Part shown: positions 41,501 to 54,052 of the stretch, piece after piece
How the letters are laid out: each line of letters opens with the position of its first letter
How positions within the stretch are numbered: position 1 is the first letter of the stretch
DNA from: Tubiluchus corallicola
Lineage: Eukaryota > Animalia > Priapulida
DNA length: 64,000 nt
Reading direction: 5' to 3'
Assembly: GCA_030141605.1 (NCBI GenBank)
Contig: JAQGDQ010000128.1
Location: 186,001 to 250,000, forward strand
Translations under genes and position numbers: made by a program
Notes under the pieces: model-generated
The model's input: only the letters and a program-made list of their open reading frames with translations
Database searches by the model: none
Told to the model about the DNA's origin: nothing

Positions 41501-44431
41501 CCCCCCCCTTAGTCTTGTGGTTGTGTTCTGCAATACCTGCGATACTCGCGGCTTCTTTCAAATGTGTGAAACCCGTACAGGTATGAAGTGTACACGATAC
41601 ATACTTTACAGATATACCCTGAGACGTGCAATCTGGCAGTCAGTCGGCCGTTATTGAAAGGCTTAAGTCACGTAAAATGACCATCGTCTGATCTTTCACA
41701 TGTCTGTGAAAAGACAGTCAGAAATGTTGATTAGTATTGTCCATGTTACAGTGCAGTGTTTCTAGGCGTCACTATTTCTTCTGTCAACAGCTATTGTTTA
41801 CAGTGCTGACGGATCTATGACGAGTACGTTGCTTTGGTTTGATAAGGTGGTTACCCTTACCGTCATTGTCTGAGGATTCGTCCAAACTTGAAGTCACGCT
41901 GAAGTTTATGGTGGACAGTCCATTGTTGGTGGAGCAAACCATAGCTGGTGAATTCATGGATGTTACCCCACAGGTTAGCAACTGCCGTTTCACATGATGT
42001 TCATAGAGCGTCTGGTATGCCAAGACTTTTGTACCTTTGCTCAGCGTTTGCTAGCTAGCATAATTCCGTTGGTATATTGTCATCGTTGGATTGCAGTCAT
42101 CGAGAGTCATCATTTGCACGTGCTACGCCCACTAACACCTCCCCTCTCTATTATTAGACTAGAGAATATATTTGCTGTACTGTGATTGATTGTTGTTGTT
42201 AACTCTTTCTTTTCTCCTAGTTAAAATCTATTAAAGTAGTAATCAATTAAATTTTGTTATATACGGTTTAATAAGTAATCTTTTGTATTCTATCTTACGC
42301 TGAACAGCTCGTTGAGATTCCTAGGCTCAGGTTTCGCGTGCCCCCGCATGAAGAAACAAAGCCTTAGCTTTTCACGACATTGAGAACCAGAGTACGTTAC
42401 CTATGAACATGGCGTCACAGAGAAGTACATAAAATTGAAATGTTTTTGGTGGACTGGTGGGTTACATTAAGTAAGATCGCACTTGGACTTAAAATCAAAC
42501 AAAATCAACTAAAAATGGCAAGAGTAGAAAGGCAAAGATAAAATGCAAAATGTATGAAATACCATATGAGTTAAAATGCTAAAAGCACCCAGTGACCAAC
42601 AGAGGAACACAGCCGAAGAAAAATAAAAAAATAAAAATAAAAATATAATTTTAAAAAGGCAAATAAATAAAAATCAATTTAACTCCAAATTAGTTTTTGA
42701 AGACTGTTTTAACATTTTATCTGTTATTTTCAGCTACTGAATAAATATTATTATTGTCTTTGAGACTATAAAAGGCATTAGGTTTTTCTCTGTTAATTTG
42801 TACATATATTGAAATTAGACCAGGTAAAAGCAAGTTTGCATTATGAGTTCAACAAAAAGCGATTATCAGGTTCAAAGAATTTTTGAGGCACAATCTTTAC
42901 CTTTCGCGATGTATCAGCTGAGCTGCTATTGAAAGGCCTCTGCTGTTTGATCTTTCGTGATACTAGTTTGGAAGTCTGAGCTTCAAATAAAACGTTATTT
43001 CAGATTTGGCCAATGTACAATAGCCCACGAACCTACATTTATTCACTGATGGAATTTTCTGTGACACAGTTACAATCTGACAACCTGTTGTTGTTGGTGG
43101 TGATAGTTGTGGCAGTGTGTGCTGTTGCTGCTGCTGTTGCTGCTACTGTTAATTTCATGTAGGATATTTTCAGTCTTATTATAAAGACATTTTGCATTTT
43201 GTGCAGGGGTAATGTAGGTTTACATACATTGTGTAACTGTTTTTAACATGGTTACACGTTATAGTTAAGTTACACATTATTTTACTTTATTTTTAATATG
43301 AAAGAACATACAATTTAAAAGCTGAATATTCAGCCATTAGTAAAATTGATTCATTGTTGCAAATAATAGACAAATACATTGCGGCATGCACTGACCATGC
43401 ATGTATTAACCTAAACTAAGCACCAACTGTGCTGTTTATAAATAAGAAATTGAGTTACCATTTATAAATACAAAAATGGTGCCCACAGATATGCTTGCAA
43501 CATTGTAATACACACATGCCGGATTTGGCTTGTGAGCTGGTTTCTGATTCCCTTATTTACGTGTGAAATAAGCTTCCTGGCATCAACGTCAACTGTGTAC
43601 CAAGGCTGCCGACACCGAAATCGGCGATCAACAACACCGAAATTCGGCGCCGAACAAATGTAGCTGGTGATGAGACCAAGGGCGCCGAACGCTGCGTAGT
43701 GACAAATTAAGCCTCTTGGTTGCGTGAAAGAAAATGGGACCGCGGGCAGAAGTTTTGAGGCTGAACACAAACCACAACAACTTCTGCAGAGATAGTCAAC
43801 ACACTCTGTCTTTTAGCCTAAGATGCAGAGGAAAAAACTGTAAAGAGGAAAAGAATGGTAACCAGAATCGTAGAGATTAGCGTTTCCTCAAAAGATCTGG
43901 CAGTAACATGGTAACTTAGGTTATTTATGAAGACGATGATGTATAATGACTTTGTGGTAACAGCTGCTAATTTTCGACATGCATGAGAATGCATTAATTC
44001 GAGAAACTCAGATAGCACTCACTGGAAAGTGAAGCTTCATTCGTTGAAAGCAAACTTAGATCTAACAAAGTGCGTATGTGTAAGCCTTTTATCGGTATTA
44101 TTGTTTGTGTTATTTTCTTAATCTCATTGTATCTGCTGTCTCTGTTCAGTGTTGCAATATCTCTTTTGGGAGCTAAAGCAATATACAGCAACGTAAACGC
44201 TTTATAAACGTTCAATTATGTGTCACTTTTGTGCCGTTGTCGTTGTCATTTTTTATTCCAGGCAATCTCAGCCGAACCTAATGCTATAGAGTTATAAGTA
44301 TGCACATCAAAAAATTGAAAAAGTATTAGAATGTTACTTTTCAATTTGAGTTTGAAAATATGTCATAATTTTACCTCATGCAAACTACAAGCTTTTTAAA
44401 TTTTAGGGTCACTTTTTGAGAAATCTTCAGA

Positions 44432-46087
44432 ATGGAGTTCACGCCAGCTTTTGTTATAGTAATATTTAGTGCATTTCTAGCTCGAGGAGAGTCTAGATCA
44501 TGGCGTGACTATTCGCGAGATAGATTAAGTCATGAGCACCATGGACGTCGTCTAGCCAAATCAGATGACACAAATTATGAAACCCAAGTCATACCACCTA
44601 CACGTGGTCAAGACGCACATGAAATTTTGTCGCACCGAGATTACGGTATCAGAGAAGACAAAGAAGACATTTCGCACAGCAGTGATGATAATTATGAAAG
44701 GGGTGGCAAAAATGAAACGGAAAATTGGGAGTCAAGCGTCCACAGTTACAGTTATGTTAAAGGTAATGATGAAAATCAAGATGAAAATGGTAAAAATATT
44801 AAAGCTATAGACAGAGCAGCTGAAGAAGATGGAGAGCATCGCCAATTATTTGACGGAGACGATAATTATTATCGTGGCGTACCGTGGAATGCTGATTCAG
44901 AAAATGCTAGTCCTCGATTCTCGGCGGACAGTGATGAGAAGCGACATAATAATAACAATGACGAACATGATGAAAACATGAATGATTTTATAGACAGCAG
45001 TAAGGCAGCTGATGACGAAAAGGAAGATGAGGACATTGTCAATTACCATGCTAAAGAAGTTAAAGATCCTACTGACAGCGCTGATGATGACAGTGATCAA
45101 TATGACGTACATCATACATCACATATTAGTGACCACAATAATGACCTTATCAATGGAGTTTATTATAAAGAGCAAGAACACAGCACAGATAGTGATGATG
45201 AATATATCAATAGCTACAATAGTGAAGCCTTAATCCTCGAAAAGGATAAGAACACTGACATTGACCACCGCAATGCGCCTAGTGAACGAGATCATAAAAA
45301 GCACAACGCGGAAGAGTACAAAAATTTAGATAGTTATAACAGAATTATTGACGGAGTACATTACAGAGAGAAAGCACACGGCGCAAATTACCAAGATGCT
45401 AATGATAGAAGAGGTGGTGAAACGAACAGTGATGACGCCGGTGAACAGCACAATAGCTATAATTACATTAACAGTATGAATTACAATGATCGACGATTTA
45501 ATGGGTATGATATTGATATCCGTCATGGCCATATTGTTAATGGTGAAAGTGGCATTAATGGTTATCCTGAGAATTTTGACATCATTAATCAGACACGAAA
45601 TAAACAGCGACCTGATACCGATATTGATGGTGATGAACATGTAACCGAACAATATTTAAACACCTATGAAAACCTATCAGAAGCAATTGAGGATTATTTG
45701 CCATACTCTGAAGTAAATAACTTTTATAATGGAAGATGGAAAGATGCCAACGGCTCCAGTATGAACAATTCAAACTTTTCTGAAGCGGTAGTCGTCAATA
45801 TTGTCGCCATAACTGATAAAGAAAATTTGACAAAAGCTGACAAAGAAAATATTGAAGAAGAAGCTTTGTCGATTTTGAACACCATCAAATCATGGTTTGG
45901 TTTTGAAATGCCTGACAGTCTGGAAAACGATGATACATACATTGAAATTCAAAAGAATGGAAATTACATGGATGAAACAGCTGCTGGTCCGTGGGATGAG
46001 TCACCAGCATATAATAATCAGCGTATTGATGAGGGTGAAAATAGGTCTGATGTTCGCTCGCAGAGTGGATATATAGTATGGCCGCAG
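44432..46087 (+). CDS. Acidic membrane protein exon 1 (signal peptide and low-complexity acidic ectodomain)
   Basis: 552-codon open exon, upstream acceptor ttttag at 44406, donor cag|gtatga. Confidence 0.88.
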
Positions 46088-47771
46088 GTATGACAATCAG
46101 AGCAATCCTTGTAACAAAATTTACAGGGAACAAACACTGTATGCAGTACGCAACATTTAATATATATAAACGCTTTATTTTGCAAACATAAACACAAGTA
46201 TAAATTATCAAATCACTCACTTAAATAAACAACGCATACAGGAACACGTCTCCACAAATACAGGGCTCTTTTTAAGCGCAGTTGATTAAAAATACCGTAA
46301 TTTGTTACAAACGCATCTACATATATATCACAGTGCTGATTCAATGCATTAATTCTTGGCAAAATTAGTTCGTACCTCTTAATTTAGAATCACGTACTGT
46401 TTAAATTTTATGGACATAGTTAATCACAATTTCTTAACTTCCACATCTCCACTTTTGTTTAAAAACATAAACTTATCAATATCACACATGGATGGGAATT
46501 CTGGAAAAATATCTGATATTTGATTTAAGAATGCAGTCCTTTCTTGACAATAAACATCGTATTGCATACTAAACTGAAAATCATCTTCCGTGCTCCCATT
46601 CTTACATAAAGTACATTTTCTCATATCAACAGGTATTTTAGGCTGGTATATCGACCAGCTTCAATTTGTAATCTATGCGCGTTAACACGGAATTTTGTGT
46701 AGGTTTCCTTGTGTGCTCTAGGAACACCAGTAATCAAAAGATGATTTTCGAATTTATACTCAGATTTTAACAGCCTATTCGTCCTTAGTTTGTCAGAGCC
46801 ATTTGGACGAGGATTATCATTATGGATAGCATTTACAAAATAGCTATTATAATTACTGCACAATTTCTTTTCACACACTTACTGCGCACATTTAAACACA
46901 GTATGCTGCACGTATACGCAACTTCTGTACACAGACACAATTTATTATTCTCTGCTGAACCTGCAGGTAATTCTTCTATGCAGCGTGTCTATGCAGTCCT
47001 TGTATGCAGGTTGAGAAACTTATTTTGTTTGAGGCAAACTGAGCTTCACAGGATGAAATATCTCCGCAATTAACGTAGTAGTTTTCTTAAGACTAACTCT
47101 TCGACACTCAATTTAAACTATTTTAAGACACAGTTGCTGGCGACAAAAGTAATAAACACCCTTGTTTAAATTTTCCAAACCGTCTTTTAATGCTCTGAAA
47201 TTTAGAACATTTTTATACTTTTAGATGTTTCAAAAAATATACATATGCACTTGAAAATAAGTCCAAGTGATTCTTTACAGCACAGAAATTTTAGGAAACC
47301 ATGCTAAATATGACGTTAAAATTTTAGCATCATTTTATATTAAAAATTATTGTTTTACGATCGTTTTTACTCTCAATATCAAATTTACGGTTGCGCACAC
47401 CCTCGCGTTTTTACGCTCAGCATCAAGTATCCACACACGACTCACGTATAACTGGCTAGTTTACTTTTCAGTTTAAAATGGAATCAAATCGTATTCCACA
47501 TAGTAAAATTCAGAAAAATTGTAAAATAATCAAACATTTTTGCGATTAAATTAAGATCACAAGACATATCATGATTTCTGGTATTATACAAATAGATTTA
47601 ATGAATTTGATATTTTTGTGGGATTTAGGTGAAAGGAATTCCATACGAAGCTGGCCAAGTAGACCAAGAAGAACCTGAAAAGGAGGTTTTGGCAGCGGAA
47701 ACGAACAGCGACAACAGTGATGGTAGCTACCATGAGATGCAGGAAGATAGATATGGAGAAGTCATGGTATC

Positions 47772-47830
<59 letters not shown>

Positions 47831-48294
47831 GCCGCTCTCTCTCTCGCTTTCCTTCTTTCTCACACTAATTCCTCCTCTTTCTTCTTCTCCTTTCTAGTTT
47901 TTCTTCCTTTTTCTGTGTGAAGCACCACTGTTAATAGAGTAAATTAACAAAGCAAGGCAGAAAACTGAATACGAGGCAAAGAAGAATGGAACTGGGAACA
48001 AAGACAAACTGTGAATGATAACATAAACTTCTATAAGAATAATTTCGTATTTTCCTTCAGGATCATAAAATGTTCAAACAGACGTGTAATAGTTTTCATT
48101 TGCTTTACAGGGCCTGACTCCGCCTTCCGGCATAGTAGAACCCATTCTGGGCATATTGTGCAGTCTTGCTGTCATTACACTGGCTTTAATTGCCGTCAAA
48201 TACATGCGAATTCTCCGGTCAAGTCGCAACAAAGAGGTCGGTAACAAGTCGGGTTAATTGTTTTTATTCGTCATTGCTAATATTTTTTAAAATA

Positions 48295-48356
<62 letters not shown>

Positions 48357-48423
48357 CATTATCATTATCATTATCATTATCATTATCATTATCATTATCA
48401 TTATCATTATCATTATCATTATC

Positions 48424-48456
<33 letters not shown>

Positions 48457-50170
48457 TTGATTAAAATTAAATTTAACGCTAAAAAAACAAAAACTCTGCT
48501 TGCACACAATAACATTAACATTATACGGTCAAATTTCTTAACAAAGACAAAATATTAAAGGAAAGCAGTACCGAATGTTTTACTTCAACTCGGCTTCAAG
48601 GTTACTGAGAGTGTGTGCCTTTTACCAGCATTGTAAGGCAACAACGCCTTGTTGAATTTTCGCATTTTCGCTTTTTCGTATGTGCAAGAGACGCACACTA
48701 ACGGCGCGTTCAGACTACAGAGTTTCTCTTGAGAGTTCGCTTTGAGAGTTCTCTCTGAGAGTTCTCGCAATAAATGCACAGATTGTCTGCAAGAAACTCA
48801 TGAGAGAACCCTCAGCAACTGTCAGAGAGTTTGCAATAACTTGCCGAGAGAACTCGCAAAGCCGTGCACACTTGCTAGTTTACTCTCGAAGAGAACTGTT
48901 AGAGAGAACTCTCGAGAGAAAACTCTCTAGTCTGAACGCGCTGTAGAGATTTCAAACAACCGTTAGAAAGCTTTTCGCAATGGTTACATCACGCCATAAA
49001 TGTTTAAATATAACAAACATTTTCCCAGTTATTTTTGGTAGAAAAATGTATATTGTCAGAAAAATCGTTCTGTTTTCCTTTAATACCTGCTTATCTTAAG
49101 TGCGCTATGTTGTTATTCCTTTTTCATCTTATTTCAGCAAAAGATGGCACTGATATTAGATAGATCCGAATTATACTGACATGGTTTCTGAACTACTAGT
49201 AGGCTTGTTTCCCAGAATTCATAAGTAAGCATTAAGCTTCTTTATTATTACGAGAAACTGGTGCATACCGGTATATTATAGTTTTATTTAAAAAAAATCA
49301 CGATCCGCGTTTTAACCATGTAACAATTGATTAAGGCAGTTGGAATTTTTGGGTAAAATATCGGTTAATTGGGTGACCGGATGAAGTCGTCGAAATAACT
49401 CTGACAAGACGCTGTAGGTTGATTTAACAACTTTCATATTGTTAACATTGAATACCTAGCGAAAGTCCGATTACTCGACTGGAAAAAGATCAAAGAAAAG
49501 CTTTACCAAAAAAACAAAAATGGTGGTTGATCTTCTTACAGAATCCAGAAAATAGGCATTTCCGAAATGCACTACCATCATTGCATTAAAAGTAAGAAGC
49601 GACCTGATCAGTAAACTGAGCCTAATGGTCCTCGTCATCACGACTGTCACTACTACTGCCGTCATCAACCAACATCATCATCGTGACAACTCATTATCAT
49701 TACAACTCTTTTTACACTGTGCGCCTGCTAATTACAAATCTTTGTTCGCCTTATTCAAATCGGTCTGGTAATTCAATCGAATTCAGACAGTTATTCAATC
49801 GAACTTTTTGATCGACTGTAATTCTAATAATAAGTTGTCTGGCAACATAGTTGACTTAGGACACTAAAACGATATTTTGCCCAATTTTCTTAATTGCAAG
49901 AATTTGAAGTAATTGAAAAAAACACCTCCGTAATTTAATAGTTATTATTCAAGCAAGAAACTATTCACACGTTGAGTTTAGGTTCCAGTTTCTCTTCATA
50001 TTAAAGAAGCTGAATTAGTGAGTAATAAAATTAGTATTTATTTGAATTTTCAGTTGGATGAATTACTACGAGAAAACATCACAAAAGCAGAAACAAGGAA
50101 GCTTCTGGTTTCCTCGGCAACCAACAGCGATCTACTTTATAAAACTTATGGAGAAGATAAAAAACATTAA
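44432..50170 (+). CDS. Uncharacterised type I membrane protein with Asp/Asn/Glu/His-rich lumenal domain, ~678 aa, 4 coding exons
   Basis: Exons 44432-46087, 47629-47766, 48111-48236, 50054-50170, all phase 0. Signal peptide MEFTPAFVIVIFSAFLARG; TM ILGILCSLAVITLALIAV followed by basic KYMRILR; short tail containing ETRKLL. Confidence 0.75.
46400..46900 (-). mobile_element. Degenerate LINE ORF2 3' fragment in intron 1 of the acidic membrane protein gene
   Basis: KLRT..L.K.EY.FE..L...TKFRVNAHRLQIEAGRY / RKCTLC...EDD..F: typical non-LTR RT C-terminal zinc-knuckle region, frameshifted. Confidence 0.75.
47629..47766 (+). CDS. Acidic membrane protein exon 2
   Basis: tttag|VKGIPYEAGQVDQEEPEKE...EDRYGEVM|gtatct; same acidic composition. 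Confidence 0.75.
47771..47846. repeat. (CT)n microsatellite
   Basis: Direct inspection; immediately after an exon donor. Confidence 0.93.
48111..48236 (+). CDS. Acidic membrane protein exon 3 (TM helix)
   Basis: ttacag|GLTPPSGIVEPILGILCSLAVITLALIAVKYMRILRSSRNKE|gtcggt. Confidence 0.75.
48300..48455. repeat. (ATT)n/(ATCATT)n microsatellite
   Basis: Direct inspection. Confidence 0.96.
48702..48943. mobile_element. Harbinger-like MITE
   Basis: TIRs CGGCGCGTTCAGACTA.AGAGTTT / AAACTCT.TAGTCTGAACGCGCTG; internal GAGAGTTCTC repeats; flanks TAA/TAG. Confidence 0.7.
50054..50170 (+). CDS. Acidic membrane protein last exon (cytoplasmic tail)
   Basis: tttcag|LDELLRENITKAETRKLLVSSATNSDLLYKTYGEDKKH*. 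Confidence 0.65.
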   Translation: MDELLRENITKAETRKLLVSSATNSDLLYKTYGEDKKH

Positions 50171-52915
50171 AACATTATTGAATATAATTCAAAATATTAT
50201 TTAGATTAGTTCTTCCCTGTGCAGTTGACATAACTTATTATAAAACGTAAAGTATGCATTTGAATTCAATTAAACACAGACAACAAAAGCATTTATCTAT
50301 ATTTAAATGGTAAAAACCTTGCAACCTGAAACGGTTTGAATATGTAGTATATATAGACTTGGTATGCTATATTTAAGTGTTATATTATATTATTAATATT
50401 AGCTTACTACAGAGCATCTGAAGCGCTGTTGCCGAAAAAATTCCATTTCGCTCTAAAAATTATTAAAATCAAAGACATTATAGTGGAAGGAATTTCCCAA
50501 CCACAAGTTTTGCCAACAATGGCAAACCAACTTTAGGCAGTCAGTTTCGCGGAACTACAGCGCCATCCAGTGCCGCGCGCTGAAAACAATTTTAGACATC
50601 CTTTTTCCAAAGAGAAGTCATCATCACAAGCGCTCAACAATCGCATGGAACTTTTAACAGCCAAATAGAATAGTTAGCCCGACTTTGAGAAGCTTTGTTA
50701 TTACTCGTAGCCACATTGAAACCCAAAGTTGAGAAAATAAAACAAATTCTTACCACACAGAAACTACTGACATTATTGTCAAAAATGTACATCGAAGACA
50801 CGAGATCTTTTTTCGCAAATAACACTTTAAGGGCTCAGCATATTTTACAGTAAATATCGTATTCTTTATTATAATTGATTATTATTTAAAAGTATTTATT
50901 AATCTAAAAATGACTTGTATTTGTATTGAATAAAAGTACTTGCTAGAGAAAAATGCGTTCTTTGTTCTTTGTTCTCTTCTCGCCTCTTCGCTCATTTTTT
51001 CGTTCTTTCTTATCTTTCCTATTTTCTTTTTGTTCCTTTAACTTCGTTTATCTTTTCTTTTGTTTTTATTTCTTTCATTTTCTTTTCTTTCCTTTAATTT
51101 TAATTTTTATTCTTTGGTTTCATTTTTCGACAAACATTTTTCTTTCTTTTATTTTTCCTTTTAGCCATCTCCATTTTTTGTTCTTTACCTTCTATGTCTG
51201 CATGTTTTTTCAGAAACTGTTATTTGTGCATAACTATTTCATATTATTCATTACGCTTATCATTTTCAGGTTTAACGATACACATTGAAATTCAGTCAAA
51301 GATCAAGCGCACTAAATTAATACATTGCTTAAATGTAAAAAAGTCCACATTAAAAGTAGCTTTCATTTTAGACCACTAAATTTTCACGCATTTCTACAGC
51401 GCGTCATCATTCGCGTCATCGTGACAGCGGACAAAAACACCAAAATAAAAACTAACGTTGGCCACATGTGACAACGCTAACCTAAAAGGAAAACATGCTT
51501 CAGTAAAAAGCAAATGTTGTTAAAGATGCTTCAGTAACTTTAGAATAAATCACTAGAAGCTTATCACTGGAATTCTTCGGCAAAAAGATGCTAGGCAAAT
51601 ACTCTAGTTTATAGAATAACGAATCCTGCTAACCAATGACCAGTTTGGTATGAAGTAAGGCACAAACCATTATTTGACTCATACTACATTTACATGTGAA
51701 CATAAGTTGCAATATTGGCATGACTGTAGGCCTATTTTGTATTTCCTTGGGTTCTACGGTAATTTGCGGCCTACGGTTATGATTACGGTTGTCAAATTTC
51801 TGTACAAATAGCAGTGTTACGTAAACAACAAACATCGTATGACCAGTTGTATATATAACAAACTAGAAATAATTATGCTGATACACCAAACAACAAGGTT
51901 ATAAAGTAATGTTATCTTATAAGATTATGGATGACGTATACTGCCATGTCACAACAACCTACTCACAAATACTTGTAAACCACCGATGCAATATTTACTG
52001 GTTTTGACACAAGTCTGAGAGGCGAAGGTCTGTTTGCATAAAACTCATAAAATAATGACATGTGTAAACTAAAACAAACACTCGTCAAGGTTTAGGAGCG
52101 CCGTAGTAGTTACGGTATTTTCATTCATAAAAATGCGCGATTACTACAAGGTCTGCGCAGAAAACACTGCGCAAACTGCGCAGCTGATATGGGACAAAAG
52201 GAATAATTATTTGCATCGTAATCATAATGTTCGTCGAGGTGCATCAGTCTTGATAGCATTCTTATTGTGTTTCTCGTTGTTTTATGCAAAGTGTACGTAT
52301 CAATTTCTTAAACTGTTTTATCATTTTCTATGGATATTTAAGACAAAGTGCTGCACGCAATAGGATTTATCGTTTTTGCCTTTTCGACCGCTTATTTTCA
52401 CTAAAAACGATACTGAGCTGAGGAATAACCAATGAAACGAGGGCGCTTTGTATAATTAAAGAAACAAAGTTATTAATTAGTGGTAGTTATAAGTGCATTA
52501 AACATGTACGTTTTTAACAACGGTATCGCGATACATAGAAACATTTTTTTCTAATTGAACATGAACAGTGAAATCTAGCTATTAAACGCTGTATGGAATT
52601 TCAAAACGCTGATGCTGTGTTAAACGATGCTCCAGGGATAAATATACATCTTACTATTATTTTGCATAATCTGTTTCTATAGTAGTAACTAAAACCGTAT
52701 TTCATTATTAATGCTAAATGTTCTAATCATGTTTATTTTTGAGGAAAACTCAAGTTAGAGGCTATCTCCGCACTTTTCTTGACGTTAGAGAACAACGCAA
52801 ATGTGAGGCTGTCAATGTGCGCAAGCCATTGAAGCAAACTACACCAGGCGTTGGGAAACCTTTCATGGATTTAAATTAATTAATTTTGATTTTGAAACAC
52901 TTGGATTATTGAGCC

Positions 52916-52982
52916 ATGAATGAAAAGACTGAACGTGGACTGCGAATTGTTGTTCTCGGTGGCAGACAGGTTGGGAAATCAG
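52916..52982 (+). CDS. RERG-like exon 1 (P-loop)
   Basis: gccATG NEKTERGLRIVVLGGRQVGKS|gtaatg. Confidence 0.88.
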
Positions 52983-53989
52983 GTAATGTGTTAGCAATAA
53001 AAGCCTTTTGTAATCACACATCATGATCTCCTTCCTACTTTTTGTCATTCACACGCCTGCATAACATTCTATCAGTTTTCCTTTAGTCTGCATGCAGTAA
53101 ATTGATCCGTAACCATAATATTATACTACTACATATCACATGTTATGAAAACACATTAAACTACAAATAATGCCATAACAAAAAATTGTGGAAACATTTT
53201 TGTGTTACGCGTAGAATACTAAACATTCTGCGTCTGCTTCCATCCTTTCTAATGAATCAGCAGCATTACCAACATTAGAATTTCTTTTGATTATACAACT
53301 TGATGGCATTGTCTGAAAATGAAAGACGAAAACTTGTTCAAACAGTGTATAATAAACTTGCTAACTCTAGCTTCAAACAATATCTCACATGCCTGAATTC
53401 TTGTTATTATAATTATATATATATATATATATATATATACATACACGATCTAAACTTCCTTGTAAAATTTGGTGTTGTTAATTACTGAGTAATTATGATT
53501 ATTACGGGCAGCTTATGTTGTCCATAAGATAAATGTTTTGTACCTTAGTTTTAATAAATTAAGCAATTAAGCAATTAAGCAATGTGAATATATGGGGAGA
53601 ACCGTATGGGGGGGGGGTGAGGTCAAAGTATAGGTCTTATTCACCTCCTCTCAGTTTGTATTAACGTTGTGTTAAAGTTAGATTCAAAAATGTAAAATTT
53701 AATGGTTAGTAAACGTACCTGATGAACGTAGAATTAAGTTACTAGTGCCTCGTTCCTTTTCTTTAGTTTTAGCTCGCCTTGTACAAGTAAGCTGACATGC
53801 ATTTAATCGTACAATAGTTGTAGATTTCTTTTTTCAGTCTTTTGTTGTAGTGTATTCATAATGCTCATTCTTGTTAACAGTATAAAGGATGAGAAATGGG
53901 GCACGTATTATACGTTGGGCCTGCAATTTATTTTGACTGTACTACAATGACCTATTGCTTCTCCCACCTCTCTCTCCCTCTCTGTTTCC

Positions 53990-54052
<63 letters not shown>

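Noticed and set aside
41500-42160. GC-richer stretch faintly resembling a decayed CR1 ORF1 (PHD-like) on the minus strand
   Set aside because: Multiple stops and Cys/His ligands not retained; similarity too weak to call.
43600-43760. CpG-rich patch with CACCGAAAT / GGCGCCGAA repeats
   Set aside because: Could be a promoter of the acidic protein gene or a MITE fragment; cannot distinguish from sequence alone.
50953-51288. 111-aa Phe/Leu-rich ORF
   Set aside because: Translation of a T/C-rich low-complexity tract, not a membrane protein.
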